From positions 1-42,149 of the forward strand of contig RBZT01000967.1 of NCBI GenBank assembly GCA_003693705.1: a DNA stretch of 42,149 nucleotides. The letters run 5' to 3'. The notes under the pieces are model-generated. The model ran no database searches, was not told the origin of the DNA, and saw only the letters and a program-made list of their open reading frames with translations. Position 1 is the stretch's first letter; each line of letters opens with the position of its first letter. Origin of the DNA: Polymyxa betae A26-41. Its lineage: Eukaryota > Protista > Endomyxa: Phytomyxea. Both the position numbers and the translations under genes were made by a program. Shown piece by piece: positions 10,457 through 23,441 of this stretch.

Positions 10457-13238
10457 ATGGATTCGCTTCTTTCTAATATGGATCCTGCATTAATCAGCGC
10501 CATTATGTCTGATCCAGAGATTACCTCACTGATGGCCCGACCGGATATACAGCAAAAGTTCGTCTTTCTTTCAGATTTAAATTTGCAAGTTGCTTATTTG
10601 GTTTTGGCTGCCGTGTCTCAAGCTGAGTCTTGACAAATCTGTGGAACAGAATGCAAATGATTGCTGCGAATCCTGGTCGATTGAGTGAGTTTATGACTGA
10701 TCCCGATATTCAGAGATTGGTTCAGAAATTTCAGTCATTAGGCTTAAATCCAAGTATGTGCTATATATACCCTCGACATAATTTGTTCGTGTTTTCATTT
10801 TAGATCGTGCTTCTTACTGTTTACAATAATACTTTGGGACAAAATGCTGTCATTTCGTCTTCTCTCTCCAATCGCTTCATAAGCGTTAATTTCTTTTGTC
10901 CAAAACAAAGTTTACCATTTCTGTTAGGTCACTTTAGATGATTGTATGTGTTTGCTAAAACGAATATGTTTCTCAGATGGAATGATGGGTTCAGGACCCA
11001 GCCCTATTCCAAATCCCTGGGCAGCCTCGTCATCCACATCAACATCCCAATCAGCTGGCACTGTTATTCAGATTTTCAGTAAATCGCAATTCGATACTTT
11101 AATAAGATCCAGTCCCAATAAGCTCGTTGCTGTTGATTTCACAGCATCTTGGTGTATGCTGCAATTATATATTTAATTGTGTTATTTTTTCATTGATTCG
11201 TTCACTATTTTAGTATGTTTCTCATTAACAGGCAATCCACCTGTTCAAATGGTTTGCTCTCTTTTGTCTTTTTTTTCGGACCTGACTAGTTGGCATCAAA
11301 ATGCTTTTAATGGATGCTGATTTTTAAACAGGTGGTCCATGTAAAGTTATATCTCCCCACTTTGACCGATTCGCATCGAAGTATTCAGGTTGGGAACTTC
11401 AACCATAATCCCATCTCTGACTCGATGGACCTTATTCTAGATTATGGTATCTTCCTGAAAGTTGATGTTGATAAGAACCGCGATATTGCTACCGACAAAG
11501 GCATCCGGTCGATGCCGACTTTTCAGTAAAACTGTCATTCTTACGCAAAGAATTCGCTAACTGAAACTTTTGATATAAAGATTTTATATGGATGGAGCTA
11601 TGGTCTCTGAATTCTCAGGTGCTGATCAAGATAAACTTGAGAACACAATCTCTCTTTATACTGATCGAATCAAACAGAAGGTCAGATTGCAATTTCAATA
11701 CACTCTCAACTTATCATTCTGCTGTTGCCACTTATTTCCCAAACCATTTTATCTGAGTTGCTGCAGGTGGATGTTCCAGTTGTAGTTCCATCTCCATATA
11801 AACACATTCCTCTAAAATCGGAGGAGCTCGTCAGTTTTCAGCAGTGTAAATTCGATATCATCAAGCAGAAAATCGCTGAGTTCAATATCGATCCCGGTCC
11901 GTTCACTGTTTTATCAAATCATTTTAAGATGCTTTTATCTTCTGATTAAGTTTGCTTTCATCGCATTGTGTTAGCTAATGAGTCTCCTAGAATGTTCGGA
12001 GCGTTTTGGCGATGACGACATGCAGCTGATATCCTCGCTAGTCGACGTGGTTGCTGATCGCAAATCTTTCCATCGCAGTAGTATCTTAAACGAGCAGAAA
12101 CAATTGATTGCAAAGATGCTCCAAGTATGTTGTGGTTCTCTCGAATCACAAACGCATTGTTCCCGATATTGATTTTTTGTAATAGAGCTGGAAGCCTTGC
12201 CATCTCCCGCCTCTTCTTAATCTTCTAAGTATAACCTATCTGAAAGTTCATCTTCGCTTCATTTGTTATCAGACTTTTTTTACGAGTGATACTTTTTATT
12301 TCTTCACTGCTTATTAAGATTTGGGTCAATTTACTGCAATCTAAGACTACTTAGGAATGGCGGTTTTCCATTCATCAATGGATTCATGGGTCAAACTGGA
12401 GAATGTCTCGTTAATATTAAAGTCCTGCGATACCAACGGCGACTGCCAACTCAGTAATTGATTTTCTGTCATGGTGGAATGACGTTCTGATGTCTAATTA
12501 GCTGCACTTCGAGTGATCTGCAATCTTTTCGTTCGCCTTTCTTTTCGTGCAATGCTGGTTGATAATTTTGACCAAATTCTCGATTTAATTCGTCCTTTCT
12601 TCAACAGCACCATTGGTAATATCTGTCATTCTGCCACTCTTAAATGACCTGCCTTTGATATGTTTTGCCCTCAACAACTTCTGTTGGTGTTGACAGTGAG
12701 AGTTTTTATTAAATTTGTTTTTCTTAGGTCCAATCCGGCTGGCTTATCTCAGTGTTCTTATCAATTACGCCATTGTGTTCTGTGATCCTCAGATGCAGTC
12801 CAATGGAAATGCCCAATCCGGCAAAGTTCAGCTCTTGTCTATGTGTATTGATATGTTGCAGTCTGTTCAAGGTAGCTTAGCTCATCACTTGCAAGCTCTT
12901 GGAGCAGTGTTTTGTTTTCGCATTTAGGTTTACTAAATGTCAGAATCGTTCTTCTTAAATTTTCTTTAAATTCAGTACGTCGACTGAAATTGAGACTCAG
13001 ATGAAAAAGTGGCTCAAAGGTTGTTGATCATAACGGGGACGCTTCTCTTCCGAGACTCCACATCTAAGTCCATTGGACAATCTTTACAGCTAGATGAGCT
13101 CTGCTCCGAAGTCATACTGGTATCTCTTGGTGTAATAATGTTTGACAAACATGTTAGGTTAAGAATAAATATTGCTCAACTGCAACCGACGAGATTTGCG
13201 CTGAAGTCACGAAGTCATTGAATGATGAGGATAACTAA
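10457..13238 (+). CDS. STI1-domain / thioredoxin / PUL-domain protein; many exons
   Basis: N-terminal DP repeats (MDPAL..IMSDPEI...ANPGRLSEFMTDPDIQ). Thioredoxin VAVDFTASW|CGPCK...FLKVDVD...IRSMPTFQF...FSGAD, with WCGPC split by an intron. C-terminal helical region starting SPYKHIPL...F...KFDIIKQKIAEFN resembles the PUL domain. Stop at 13236-13238. Confidence 0.75.
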
Positions 13239-13330
13239 AGCAGATGGGTGTTATTTAGCTATTGTTTGTCATATCGAAGGCATCGCATTGTAGTTATCTG
13301 GAACCGATGTCAACAAGAGTACTTGTTGTA

Positions 13331-16300
13331 TTATGTTGAAAGGCAGCTAATGATTTTACTACGATATTGTTGAATCCGGATTTGGTTCATTTGGCCTATT
13401 CGGGCTAGCACGGCCGGGGCCAGTGCAGTCAGGTTCAATCGCAGTACACGAACTGAACTTAGAGAAACGATTGAGACCTCATTCCTGAACATGAATTGAC
13501 GATCTGCACTTTTCAACTCAATTATGCTTACCGCAACAACCGTTTTACTGTCGTGGTTGCTGTGAAGACAGGAAAGATCATCTGCCCACTACCAATTCTT
13601 ACTAGATCAACAGTACAGGTTCCTGTTGATGCTGCTGCTTGGTTGGAGTTGAATACCGGCGATGATAATTTCACCTGAAAAATGTCAAATTTCCTCACCA
13701 ACAAGAGAGAATGAGATTGGTTCAGTAGTATATAAATGCAATATTTGTGCAACTAACCGCTTTTTTAGACAATCGTTACTGATATATGCCAAATAGAAAA
13801 CAAAAAATCCTGTTACTGAATCTGCTTCTAATACCTTTTGTGTTAATTTGACTTCACCTTCCATAATAACATAGACTGAATCAGTTGGTGATCCTTGTCT
13901 ACATATTATTTCACTTGCTTTATATAATTTCATGGAGCAGGCAGTCTTTGATATTTTTGTTAAATCTGATCACATGATGGGTATCGAGCGTTATGCAAAT
14001 CTATACAATGATAAACCAGCTTACCTTTCCTGCGATATTGTCCCAGTTCATAGACTGACTTTAAGAACGCTGCAATCGCTGAATGGCCATATGGCTCAAC
14101 TTTCCTTAATGACCTGACACAGTATTGGACAGGATCCAAAATTTAAAGTGTTTTCTGGCAACAAACTGGTTATGTGGAACACTGCAATTACCTGAGGAAA
14201 TAAGCACGTTTGATAGTAAAGAATCTGGTTTGTTCGCGTGTAATAACTGTTGCAGCTCTTGCAGTTCCATGTAGAAGAGCCAGTTCACCGAATGTACTTC
14301 CAATACCAACAGAACTAACACATTCCCCAAATACATCCTGATAGTTTGCATTGGCTAAATCTGCACATAAAACACTCAACACAATGTCTTGTTCAAGGAA
14401 AGGCAAAGACTAAATCCAGGAGAGATTCAAACCTCAGCGATATTCGATATGAAGGGGGCCGAATATCGCAAACCAATAAGGAGGGATATAATCAAGGTGA
14501 TAATATAAGAGATGGCTCACAAATATAATCATCAGCTGATAAACGTGATGTATGTCGATGTTCTACATCTCCTTCATTGTCATCATCGTCCTCGTCTTCA
14601 TCATCATCGTGCATATGGGGCGTACTGGCCACGATTCGATTCCGATCGAGTAATGCTCGCTGTTTTCGCTATAAAAGCCAATAGGACATCAATGAATTAA
14701 ACATTTGTATCTGTATGATGTAATAATATACCTCAGATAGACTGGATTCTGCTCGGAAATGACTAATTTTCTCATGTCGATGAATAGATACAGAGCCCTG
14801 GAGATATATTGGTAATATGATAATATTAATAGATTACATACAGATGCAACAATATAGAAATCATCACCTGGATCACCTTGCTCAAAAACTAATGAATAAG
14901 GTTCCAATGTCTTTAGTTCCATTAAACGAATCTGTCACAAGTATTAAATCAATACTGAGCAGTAGAATGAAAGATCTTAGATTAGTTACCATATTATGTC
15001 GCTTCTCTTTGGTCATTTCAGCAAAGAATTTCACAAAATGTAGAGTTGAATCAAGCTCTGTTATTAGTTAGTTCATTACTATGTGAGATCAATAATAAAC
15101 ATTACTATCACTATCTTCATGGGTTCGTTCAGATTTGGATTTCATCATGATATTGAGAGTAGAAGTTGTTATTAGATCTGATCCAGATCTGGACTCAATC
15201 ACATCTTTAAACATTCTTCTATCGATCTATATACATTGTTATAATTCTAAACAATATATTCAGTAATACATACAACAATGATATCAATATCAGATCTGCT
15301 AACAGCACTTTGACGATATTTGCTATCAGAACCTGTAATTGATTCCATGCCTAATATTTCACCAACATTAACCTCGCCTATTTCATCACCTACAGCAATC
15401 TGTTAACATCAAGCAACAGTTAATAGCAATCTGGATTAAAGGGAACTATGACAAACGAGCGGCTAAACCTGATTGAGAAAATGGATTGTAAAGTGGATAT
15501 AAAATAGAATATGAAGATAAAGTGGAGATAGAAGTGACATCATCATACCGATATTTGTAGATGGATTATGTTGAGATCTTGAATATAAAGATAATGATCC
15601 AGATAGAATACAATATGCTTTATCTGCTATAGAACCTTGTGTCATTAATAATGATAAACCAGGTCGACTCTCATATCGTAATAGATTTGCTAAATGTAAT
15701 CCATGACCTTTATCTAACTGAGAGAATAGATTCCCAATACAACTTTGAATATGACGACATTGCTGTTCAGTACGACGTCCTGGTCGTGTCTCTAATGCAG
15801 ATCTAAGTTGCTTATCTATTAGTAATGATCGTTGATGATGTAATACAGAGGTAAATATAGTTAATGGTATTAGACCTAATACTGTATCTTGTCGTGTTAT
15901 ATAATGTTGTCTTAGAGCAAGATCTGATCCAGGACCTATCACCTATCATATATTCAATTTCATTACATACAGCCTATTGCAATATTAAACCTGTTGACAA
16001 TGTCCATTATGTTGTATAAGTACAGAACCAGATATAATAAATGCCATATATTGAGTAAATTCTAATGTATGTCTATATGGGACATATAATAATGATAAAT
16101 TATCTGATAATCGACGACGTTGTTGTATAGGAACTGATTCAAGATTCTTCCAAACTGTTATTAAAGCTCGATCTAGAGCATCATATTGCTCATTAGTCCA
16201 AGATGTTGTAGAGATCAGACGTTGTAATACATGAAAACATGTTCGAATATGAAGATCAGGACGAACTGATATCTATAACAATATTGTTATGATGCATTGA

Positions 16301-16814
16301 ACAAATTCAGAACAACATACTCGAGCTATAGATAGTTCCCTCTCATAATCATCATATGATAATACTGCATAAAATGTATTGGATGTCAATGTGATTACTG
16401 ATAGATTACATGTATGAGATGATTGATGTGATAGAAATAAATCTACAGATGGATAACATTCTCCTGAGCTCAAACCTCGTACTGCTGAACCATAACGACT
16501 TGTAAAATTTAATAATCTACTCCATCCTGATTGAATAACACTCTCCTGACACATATAACAATTAGAAATGAATCAGATAGGATCAGGTACTATCAGACTC
16601 TTCGATGTGATTTAGAATAGAGAGCAGCAGATCCAGATAAAAGGATTACGATTCGATCAGGAATCTCGCCTTCTGTAATAGTAGATTCATGAACCTGGCC
16701 CCATACTAACTGCATGCAATTCATCAATCTCTCAATGATTGATGGTGGACATATTTGGAATAGCTCGAAATGTGAACGAACCAAAGTCTGCTGTTCCACA
16801 TTTAATGAAGACAT
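13331..16814 (-). CDS. Multi cyclic-nucleotide-binding-domain protein (CNBD2-like, likely flagellar); many exons, 5' end uncertain
   Basis: Repeated cNMP-domain starts (ITEGEIPDRIVILLSG; LMTQGSIADKAYCILSG; VFEQGDPGDDFYIV; ICRQGSPTDSVYVIMEG). One intact phosphate-binding cassette FGELALLHGTARAATV. Confidence 0.8.
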
Positions 16815-17160
16815 TGATATAATATTAGATAGATATTTGTAATCTCAATGTACACAAAGGTCGTACAGATATATTATCAACTGTAGAATGGATGAAAGTG
16901 CTGTGAATATTACAATTACGTATGTGGATAACGTCAAGGAGTATGATGTACAGAATATGCAAATAACCTGAAATGAACTCGTTCAAGATAATAGCAAAAA
17001 AGAGCAAGACAAGAATAAAGGTAATGAGCATTTATTACCCAGGATATATTAAAGTTTGTGTTTGTTATGTTGTTCTATAGTAGATAGGATGATAATACAA
17101 TCCCATTGGAACAGGGAGATCTTGATTAGATATTGTGTGATGTAGTAAGACATTATAGGC

Positions 17161-18992
17161 TTAGATTGATTTGTCGATTCTTTGATAGATGTTGAGATCA
17201 GTATTGCATGATACAGCGACTACATCATCACTTGGATGCCATGACACGTGTAAGCATTTATTACTATAATCCATTTCCTGCCACAACTTCTATCATACAA
17301 TCAGTAAACATATCGCAAACGTTCACCAAAACATTACATTCTTCCTTCTACCCCGATCATCAGCATGAAATGAATATGATGACAGATCATTACGACTGAC
17401 TTCTGGACGCAAACGCTTAGAACCCAGAGATTATCGTACCTGAGATAATTTACCATAAGTACTTCGAAGAGGCTTTAGCCTGTCCAAAGTTCTCTTATCC
17501 CAGTCGTAAATGACAGCTTCATTGTCATATGAACCGGTCACTAGCTGAGTGCTAGAAATGGCTCGGGACGATGCACAAATCTCGAACTTGTCGAAGATCG
17601 AATCATTCTAAGAAATCATGGATCAGGCCGGAAAAGCAGCAAAACATTAATTAATACCTCGTAGACATCAGCCAGCTTGGACCTGATATGTTCATGTATT
17701 GAGACAGTGTCGTAAGCTCGTCTGGTCTGGCGTAGATCCCAAATCTTGGCAGTGAGATAATCGCGGGATACGATAAATCTTCCAAATGTTGAGTGAATAG
17801 CTACGAAATATGAGCAGCATTTACCTTCCATCATCGGAATATTGACAGTCCGATATCGATGAAACGATCTCAGAAAAAAATGACCTGTCGTTGGGGTCAG
17901 GCTCTTGTTCTAAGGTACAATCTGGTGTAGTTAAGATTGCACGATGTCGTAGGTCCTGTATGGTTGTTAGAACAAGCACCTAACTAAGGAGAGGTAAGTT
18001 TGATTATACCATCACCCTAAGCACACCTCGACTTGAGCTAAATATCAACTGATTACATTGAATAGGATGGAACCTGAGAACTGCATTATACAGCTGAGTG
18101 TGCTAACAGATATGAATACCATACTGGGCAGCTGTTATCACTTCTGTTAAATCCTCCATATGAGACGGTTTCATATCCATAATATTAAAGCTGATATGAG
18201 GGATTGACAGATTCCACATATTTATTCTCAAATCATCGGAGCTGATGAACGTTTCGCCATCCGAGCATAATGATAACCTAGATTGGGGTATCAATCAAGT
18301 GGGATTTTTTGGAGCCGATCGCATACGAATTAATATGGTAGGAATGACCATCTCTAAAAAGACATTTCAATGAACAAGCAGGGACAGTGTCGGTTTTAGC
18401 GATGCGAGGTACTTGAATCTCTGTGCTTGATCTATCGTCAAGCGTCTCACGATTTAAACCGCTCAAAGTATGCACGAAATGATTATACACTTTCCATAAC
18501 TTCACTGACTTGTCTAAGGAAATGTACTTAGCAAACCGTATACAGTTGGGAATCAACTGCTACCGTTTGTCGACAATAACAATTGTGACGATTGAATGGG
18601 CGGACACCATTTAATCATGTTGATTTTTTCTTCAATATCCTGACTCTTCAGGTAGTCAATATCATGAGAATGACTTTGGAAATATGTATAGTGTTGATAA
18701 CATCGCCTAGACCCGAGCTACGATATTACATATCAGATCAGGCTCATCACAAGATACCAATAGAGATTATCGACACGATCAAATATAAACCCGCTCTGAC
18801 CTTTTTATCTTTTCGCTCTTGATGGATCCATATTCTTCCAGATTTATCACCGACTGCTAAATAATTTCCATTAGGCGAAAAAGCCAGCGCAGATATGGTA
18901 TCGGTCTCCTTATATTCGGTGGAACTGTCATCACCCAAGCTCTGATTGAAGGCCCAAGCATTTGATGGTGGTCTGTCCTCAGTTGATTCCAT
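17161..18992 (-). CDS. PPP2R2: Protein phosphatase 2A B55 regulatory subunit (WD40); multi-exon
   Basis: [94 protein letters not shown]-terminal SWHP. Stop at 17161-17163. Confidence 0.95.
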
Positions 18993-19807
18993 GAACTGTA
19001 GAATTCATCGAAATTAATGATGGACGCGTGCCAGTATTAGGAAGGCGTCCAACAGTACCTGTGCCAAGCGGCGACTACTGGCTAGGTCATGACCTGCCTT
19101 TCAACAAGGCAGTGTCGCAGCGCCTAAATAATGTTGAAGACCGTCCCCAAAAAATGATTGGTCACAGCAAATGGAACTGACTTTTAAGACTAGCCCCAAT
19201 AAATACCTTTTTATTTAGCAGTACGGACTGCGGCTATACAATACTTACACAATTATCATGAGAAACCAATCAAGTCTACCAGGTTTCCCACTCCCTTCTA
19301 ATCCAACACCCTTCCTCTACTATTACTATTATTAGGCTCCAACCAATGCTGGATTTGCAAATCGTATTAGTTGAGCACAGAAAGCATGAAAAAGGATGCA
19401 AGTAATCTAAACAGCTGTGGCTGAGGTCTGAGCTGGGACGGCATCCAGGTTTGCATTAAAGGAACACTAGATACAAATTTATCGCTAGAATGTGCGATTA
19501 AGAGCAAGAAATGATTCTAAAATGAAAAATGTGTCGATGTAGGGAAAGAATCCAGCCGCAAGCACTTCAGCCGTCGAGGTTGTGATTAGAAGAATTGAAA
19601 ATAATGCAGGTTTTGATTTTTGAATGGTCTGATGAATGAGCGCGGACTGCGCCAAAGCTAGCTTTACATAACCGTTAGTTAGAACTTGGTGGGAGATCAG
19701 ACAGAGACACTGAGTGACTGAGACCCAACACATAGAGTGTCCCTAATTCAAACATAACTCTATTTTGACAGCACCAGTTTTGAATTTGAATAACACACAA
19801 ATTCAAC

Positions 19808-20459
19808 ATGTCAGCAAGTGATGACGAAGAGCCTCAATACGATGAGGAGGAGGAAGAGGAATACGAGCAGGATGATGAACAAGAAGACCTAGAAGACTAT
19901 GAGGAAGATACCGAATACCCTGGTGTACGAGTAGCAAGAAATGAAGAAGACGAGGAAGAAGACGAGGAAGAAGAGGAAGCGGAAGATGAAGAATACGAAG
20001 AAGCTGAAGACGATGCACTCTCGAACCGGGCCAGCGAACTTGTCAGCCAGGGGCAGACCGATGAGGCAATACAGGTTAGGTTACGTATAGCTGTGCATGA
20101 CAACAGCATAATTCTTGAATACACAGGTGCTCAAAGTGCTAACTCAAGGGTTGGCTGATAAACTTCCCGAACTCCCAGATCTGTCGAGCGACAAATCTGA
20201 AGATTTCCGAAACAAGGTGTTAAGTACCTTTGCTCTGTGGATCGAAATCATGAGGGATGGGAAGACAAAATCAAGCGGTGATCTTGCTGACAAATTGTCT
20301 GCATGGCAAACGTTATTTGTTGAAGATCCCAACCTGGGCCTATTATCTACAGAGTCAGATGGAGAAGAAGAGGAAGACGACGATAAGGCAATAGTAAAAG
20401 AGTTTGCAGAGCTTCTGGAAGATTTAAAGCAACCTTCGAAGAAGAAGCAAAGAGCATAA
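19808..20459 (+). CDS. Uncharacterised highly acidic, probably nuclear protein (2 exons; intron 20075-20126)
   Basis: About 65-residue D/E tract, short helical core and C-terminal PSKKKQRA NLS-like tail. A 52-nt GT-AG intron joins the two ORFs in frame. Confidence 0.75.
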
Positions 20460-20537
20460 GTTAATTAAAGAAGTAATTGATTGGCTTAGATAGGATTGAT
20501 AATCCTGTTGTTGCTTTGCTCTTGAATGTGCCAAAGT

Positions 20538-22248
20538 TTATAGCTTGGACGGGAATGGACGCGGTTTAGGACCTGTTCAAGTATAATGTTTCCAATTCAG
20601 CAGTAACTCAGTGGTAAGATTGCGATACCTGTGTAAACAGCGTCAGGTCGTATCAGTTTGCTGGCCTGACGCTCTTCAATGACATGTGCTGACCAGCCAG
20701 TCGATCTAGCAATAACAAACACAGGCGTGAAGAAATTAGTTGGGATTCCGCCTATATCCAACGTTATTCACATTTGGCAATAAGCGCAATATGAGAATAA
20801 CTATCGACATTGATGATAGGCAGATGCTGAGTAGAAATCTGGAAGATAACGTCAGTTCAAAAAAAAAACAATTGGCGCTGAATCTGACCTAAATTACAAC
20901 ACAGCTTCTTTTCTCGCATCATTACCTACAAACTAAGGTTGGATAGCTTTCAGAAAGGAATTTGGATCCTCTTACGTCCTCAATTTTCTGGGAAATAGAG
21001 AATTCAGGATTACCACCTGGAAGTTGAGATAGCCGTTCAGACCATTTTTTGATGATATCTGATCTTGGATCGCAGGTTTTATAAATCCGATGACCAAACC
21101 CTATTATGGATATAACATTTCAAGTACGCCGACAGCATGATATGGAGACACGCCCATAATTCTTTCCTTATTTGCTAACATAAGCCGAATTCCGATAGCA
21201 GCATCGTCGGAGTTTCGAAACTTGGAAATAAGCTCCATAGCAACTTCATTCGCACCACCTGCAAACATTCTCAACAGCCACAAAATGAATCAAATGGACA
21301 AGCACCATGCAGTGGACCACGTAAAGTCCCTATTCCAGTACAAATACATGAATATATATCCGACTGAGTACTGGCTGTAATACGAGATGCAAACGTGCTC
21401 GCAGCGAAACCATGCTCCTAGGTTGAGTCAATTTGTCAGAACCTGAATCAAGCCCATAATATTGTACCGCATATAAAATCAATGATACATCAACTACTTT
21501 CACGTGCGCTTCATTTGGCTTTTTTTGGTGCAAGAGACGTAAGAAGTGGTGGGCAATCGACTCCTGAAATTCATACTAGGTCAGCTATATGATAAATGGT
21601 AGAACGTAAAGAATACAGAATTATGAAGTCCTGAAGTATCAATTCTCTTCGAACTTCGACTGAAATGATACCAATAACAAAGCGTTGAAGAGAACATGCT
21701 TATGAAGCGAATGGATATCTCTTTAGTGCCTTCGAATTTCCCATCTTAGATTATTGAGCGATCAGTTGAATTTGACAAACTGACAAGACAAACCGGCTTG
21801 CCGAGTTTCTGGTAATACAGAGCCGAGAGCTGAGCATCCCGTTCGTAAGACATCCATCGGATGAGAATCTCGAGGTAATTCTTCTGCTAAACATTAGAAA
21901 AGTCTGAATGGAGAATCAACAAATCTGCTTACCTAATATCTTTACTACAGGTCCAGGAATAATTCTTCCCTCATTGATTAGCTTTTGGAATAACACCAGC
22001 TGATTGGGATTAGGCAATTCGCCGTAAATCAGCAAATAAGCCACTAATTCGAACGAAGCATTGTCGCAAAGGTTATAATAGAATAGCCTGACCTGCTTTA
22101 GCACAAAAATCGGAGTAATAATGGAGCATCTGACCTCGATAATATAGTCTGTGATCATCAAGGCCGCAGTTGCTGATGGCAGTTTTCCCAGCGATGGTGC
22201 CAGCCAACCTAAGCTGATATGCTCTTGACGGCGCTCATGTTCTGTCAT
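20538..22248 (-). CDS. prpC: 2-methylcitrate synthase / bacterial-type citrate synthase with C-terminal SKL; about 10 exons, N-terminal frame irregularities
   Basis: [120 protein letters not shown], ending [11 protein letters not shown]. Confidence 0.9.
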
Positions 22249-22539
22249 TCCCCTACTGATTTGCTCGTCAGAAGTAGATGAATGACCTTGAGGTATAGTC
22301 TGTATAAAGTCAAATGAGCGATGTGATATGTGTGTCACATCACTTGTAACATCACACCAAAACACTTCGTAAAATCAGCTATTGTATGGTAAGATCTCCA
22401 ATTTCCATTAAGTCTACAACAACAAAAAATGTTCCGGGACTAAACTACTAGCAATAGCTGAAAACTTATAGCATCAAGAAGACAAGATAAGATTATACAG
22501 TAGTCCAAATATGCACAACAAAATGGACAGATTTTCGAG

Positions 22540-23441
22540 TTAATTCTCTGACATAAGATGTTCAATCGCACGATTCTGATCCCACTCGTTTTTCTGAAGA
22601 GCTGCTTTCACTTTGTCAGCGGAGAAGCCCATTTCAGTAAGCATCTGAATCGCCTGAGTCTGTTCTTTGCTGACGAACGTCTCTCCGGATCCGCCAGCCT
22701 GAGTACGCCGACTTAGAAAAAAGCAAAAATACGGAATTCTAGTTACATATTGCTTCGTCCACTGAACAGCTGTGTCATTAAAAGCATTTCTGTTTGATTT
22801 ATACTGTTTAGCGACTTGAGCATCTTGAGGGTCATCAGGTTCCGGACACGAGAGCAATGCTTGAAGAGATAACAATGCTATTAGGGAACCTTAACGAGTA
22901 CGACCGAAGAATCAGCGAAGAGTGGTTACCTGTCCGAATGGTCAAAGCGGGACTCCATTCATTTTTCAGGACTAAAAGGTGTCAGAAGGTTATTGATTAT
23001 GATTCCACATCTCATACTATCAAGACAAATTGCTCCAGTTTGGCTGCTGATATTGGGATCTGAAACATCAAGTCAAGAAACATCATAACAATTAAAATGG
23101 AAGTACGCCAGATCCTGGTAGTAAACTTCATGATTGGCGGAACAAAAGGATACTTCTTGGGAATTTGAATGTCGATGCTAAAGATCCCTCCTTGGTAAGG
23201 GGTATCGATCGGACCGGCAATGCGCCCTAATTCGAAGTTATCAAGTCTACCAACAATTGGAAGCGATTGTATTGAACCTGACCAATGCTGAAGATCATCA
23301 TCGACCAACGTGGCATCGATTCCAGTCTTCTCCAGCCCGCCTCCTTCGGTAATCTCTTTGAACTCCTGTTGGAGCAGATTCAGAGACAGGCCCGCGATCA
23401 CGTATAAGAGCAACCTTTTGGACTCGCTGCAAGGCCTGCAT
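22540..23441 (-). CDS. UBE2K: Ubiquitin-conjugating enzyme E2 with C-terminal UBA domain (UBC1/UBE2K); multi-exon
   Basis: MQALQRVQKEFKEI, GPIDTPYQGG, YPFVPP, IWHPNISSQTGAICLD, WSPALTIRT, LSLQALL..PEPDDPQDA, UBA motif EMGF...NRAIEHL. Confidence 0.95.

Noticed and set aside
14700-17150. AT-rich tracts as pseudogenes, organellar insertions or foreign DNA
   Set aside because: Exons remain open, carry host-type short introns and splice into normal-composition 3' exons of the same genes.
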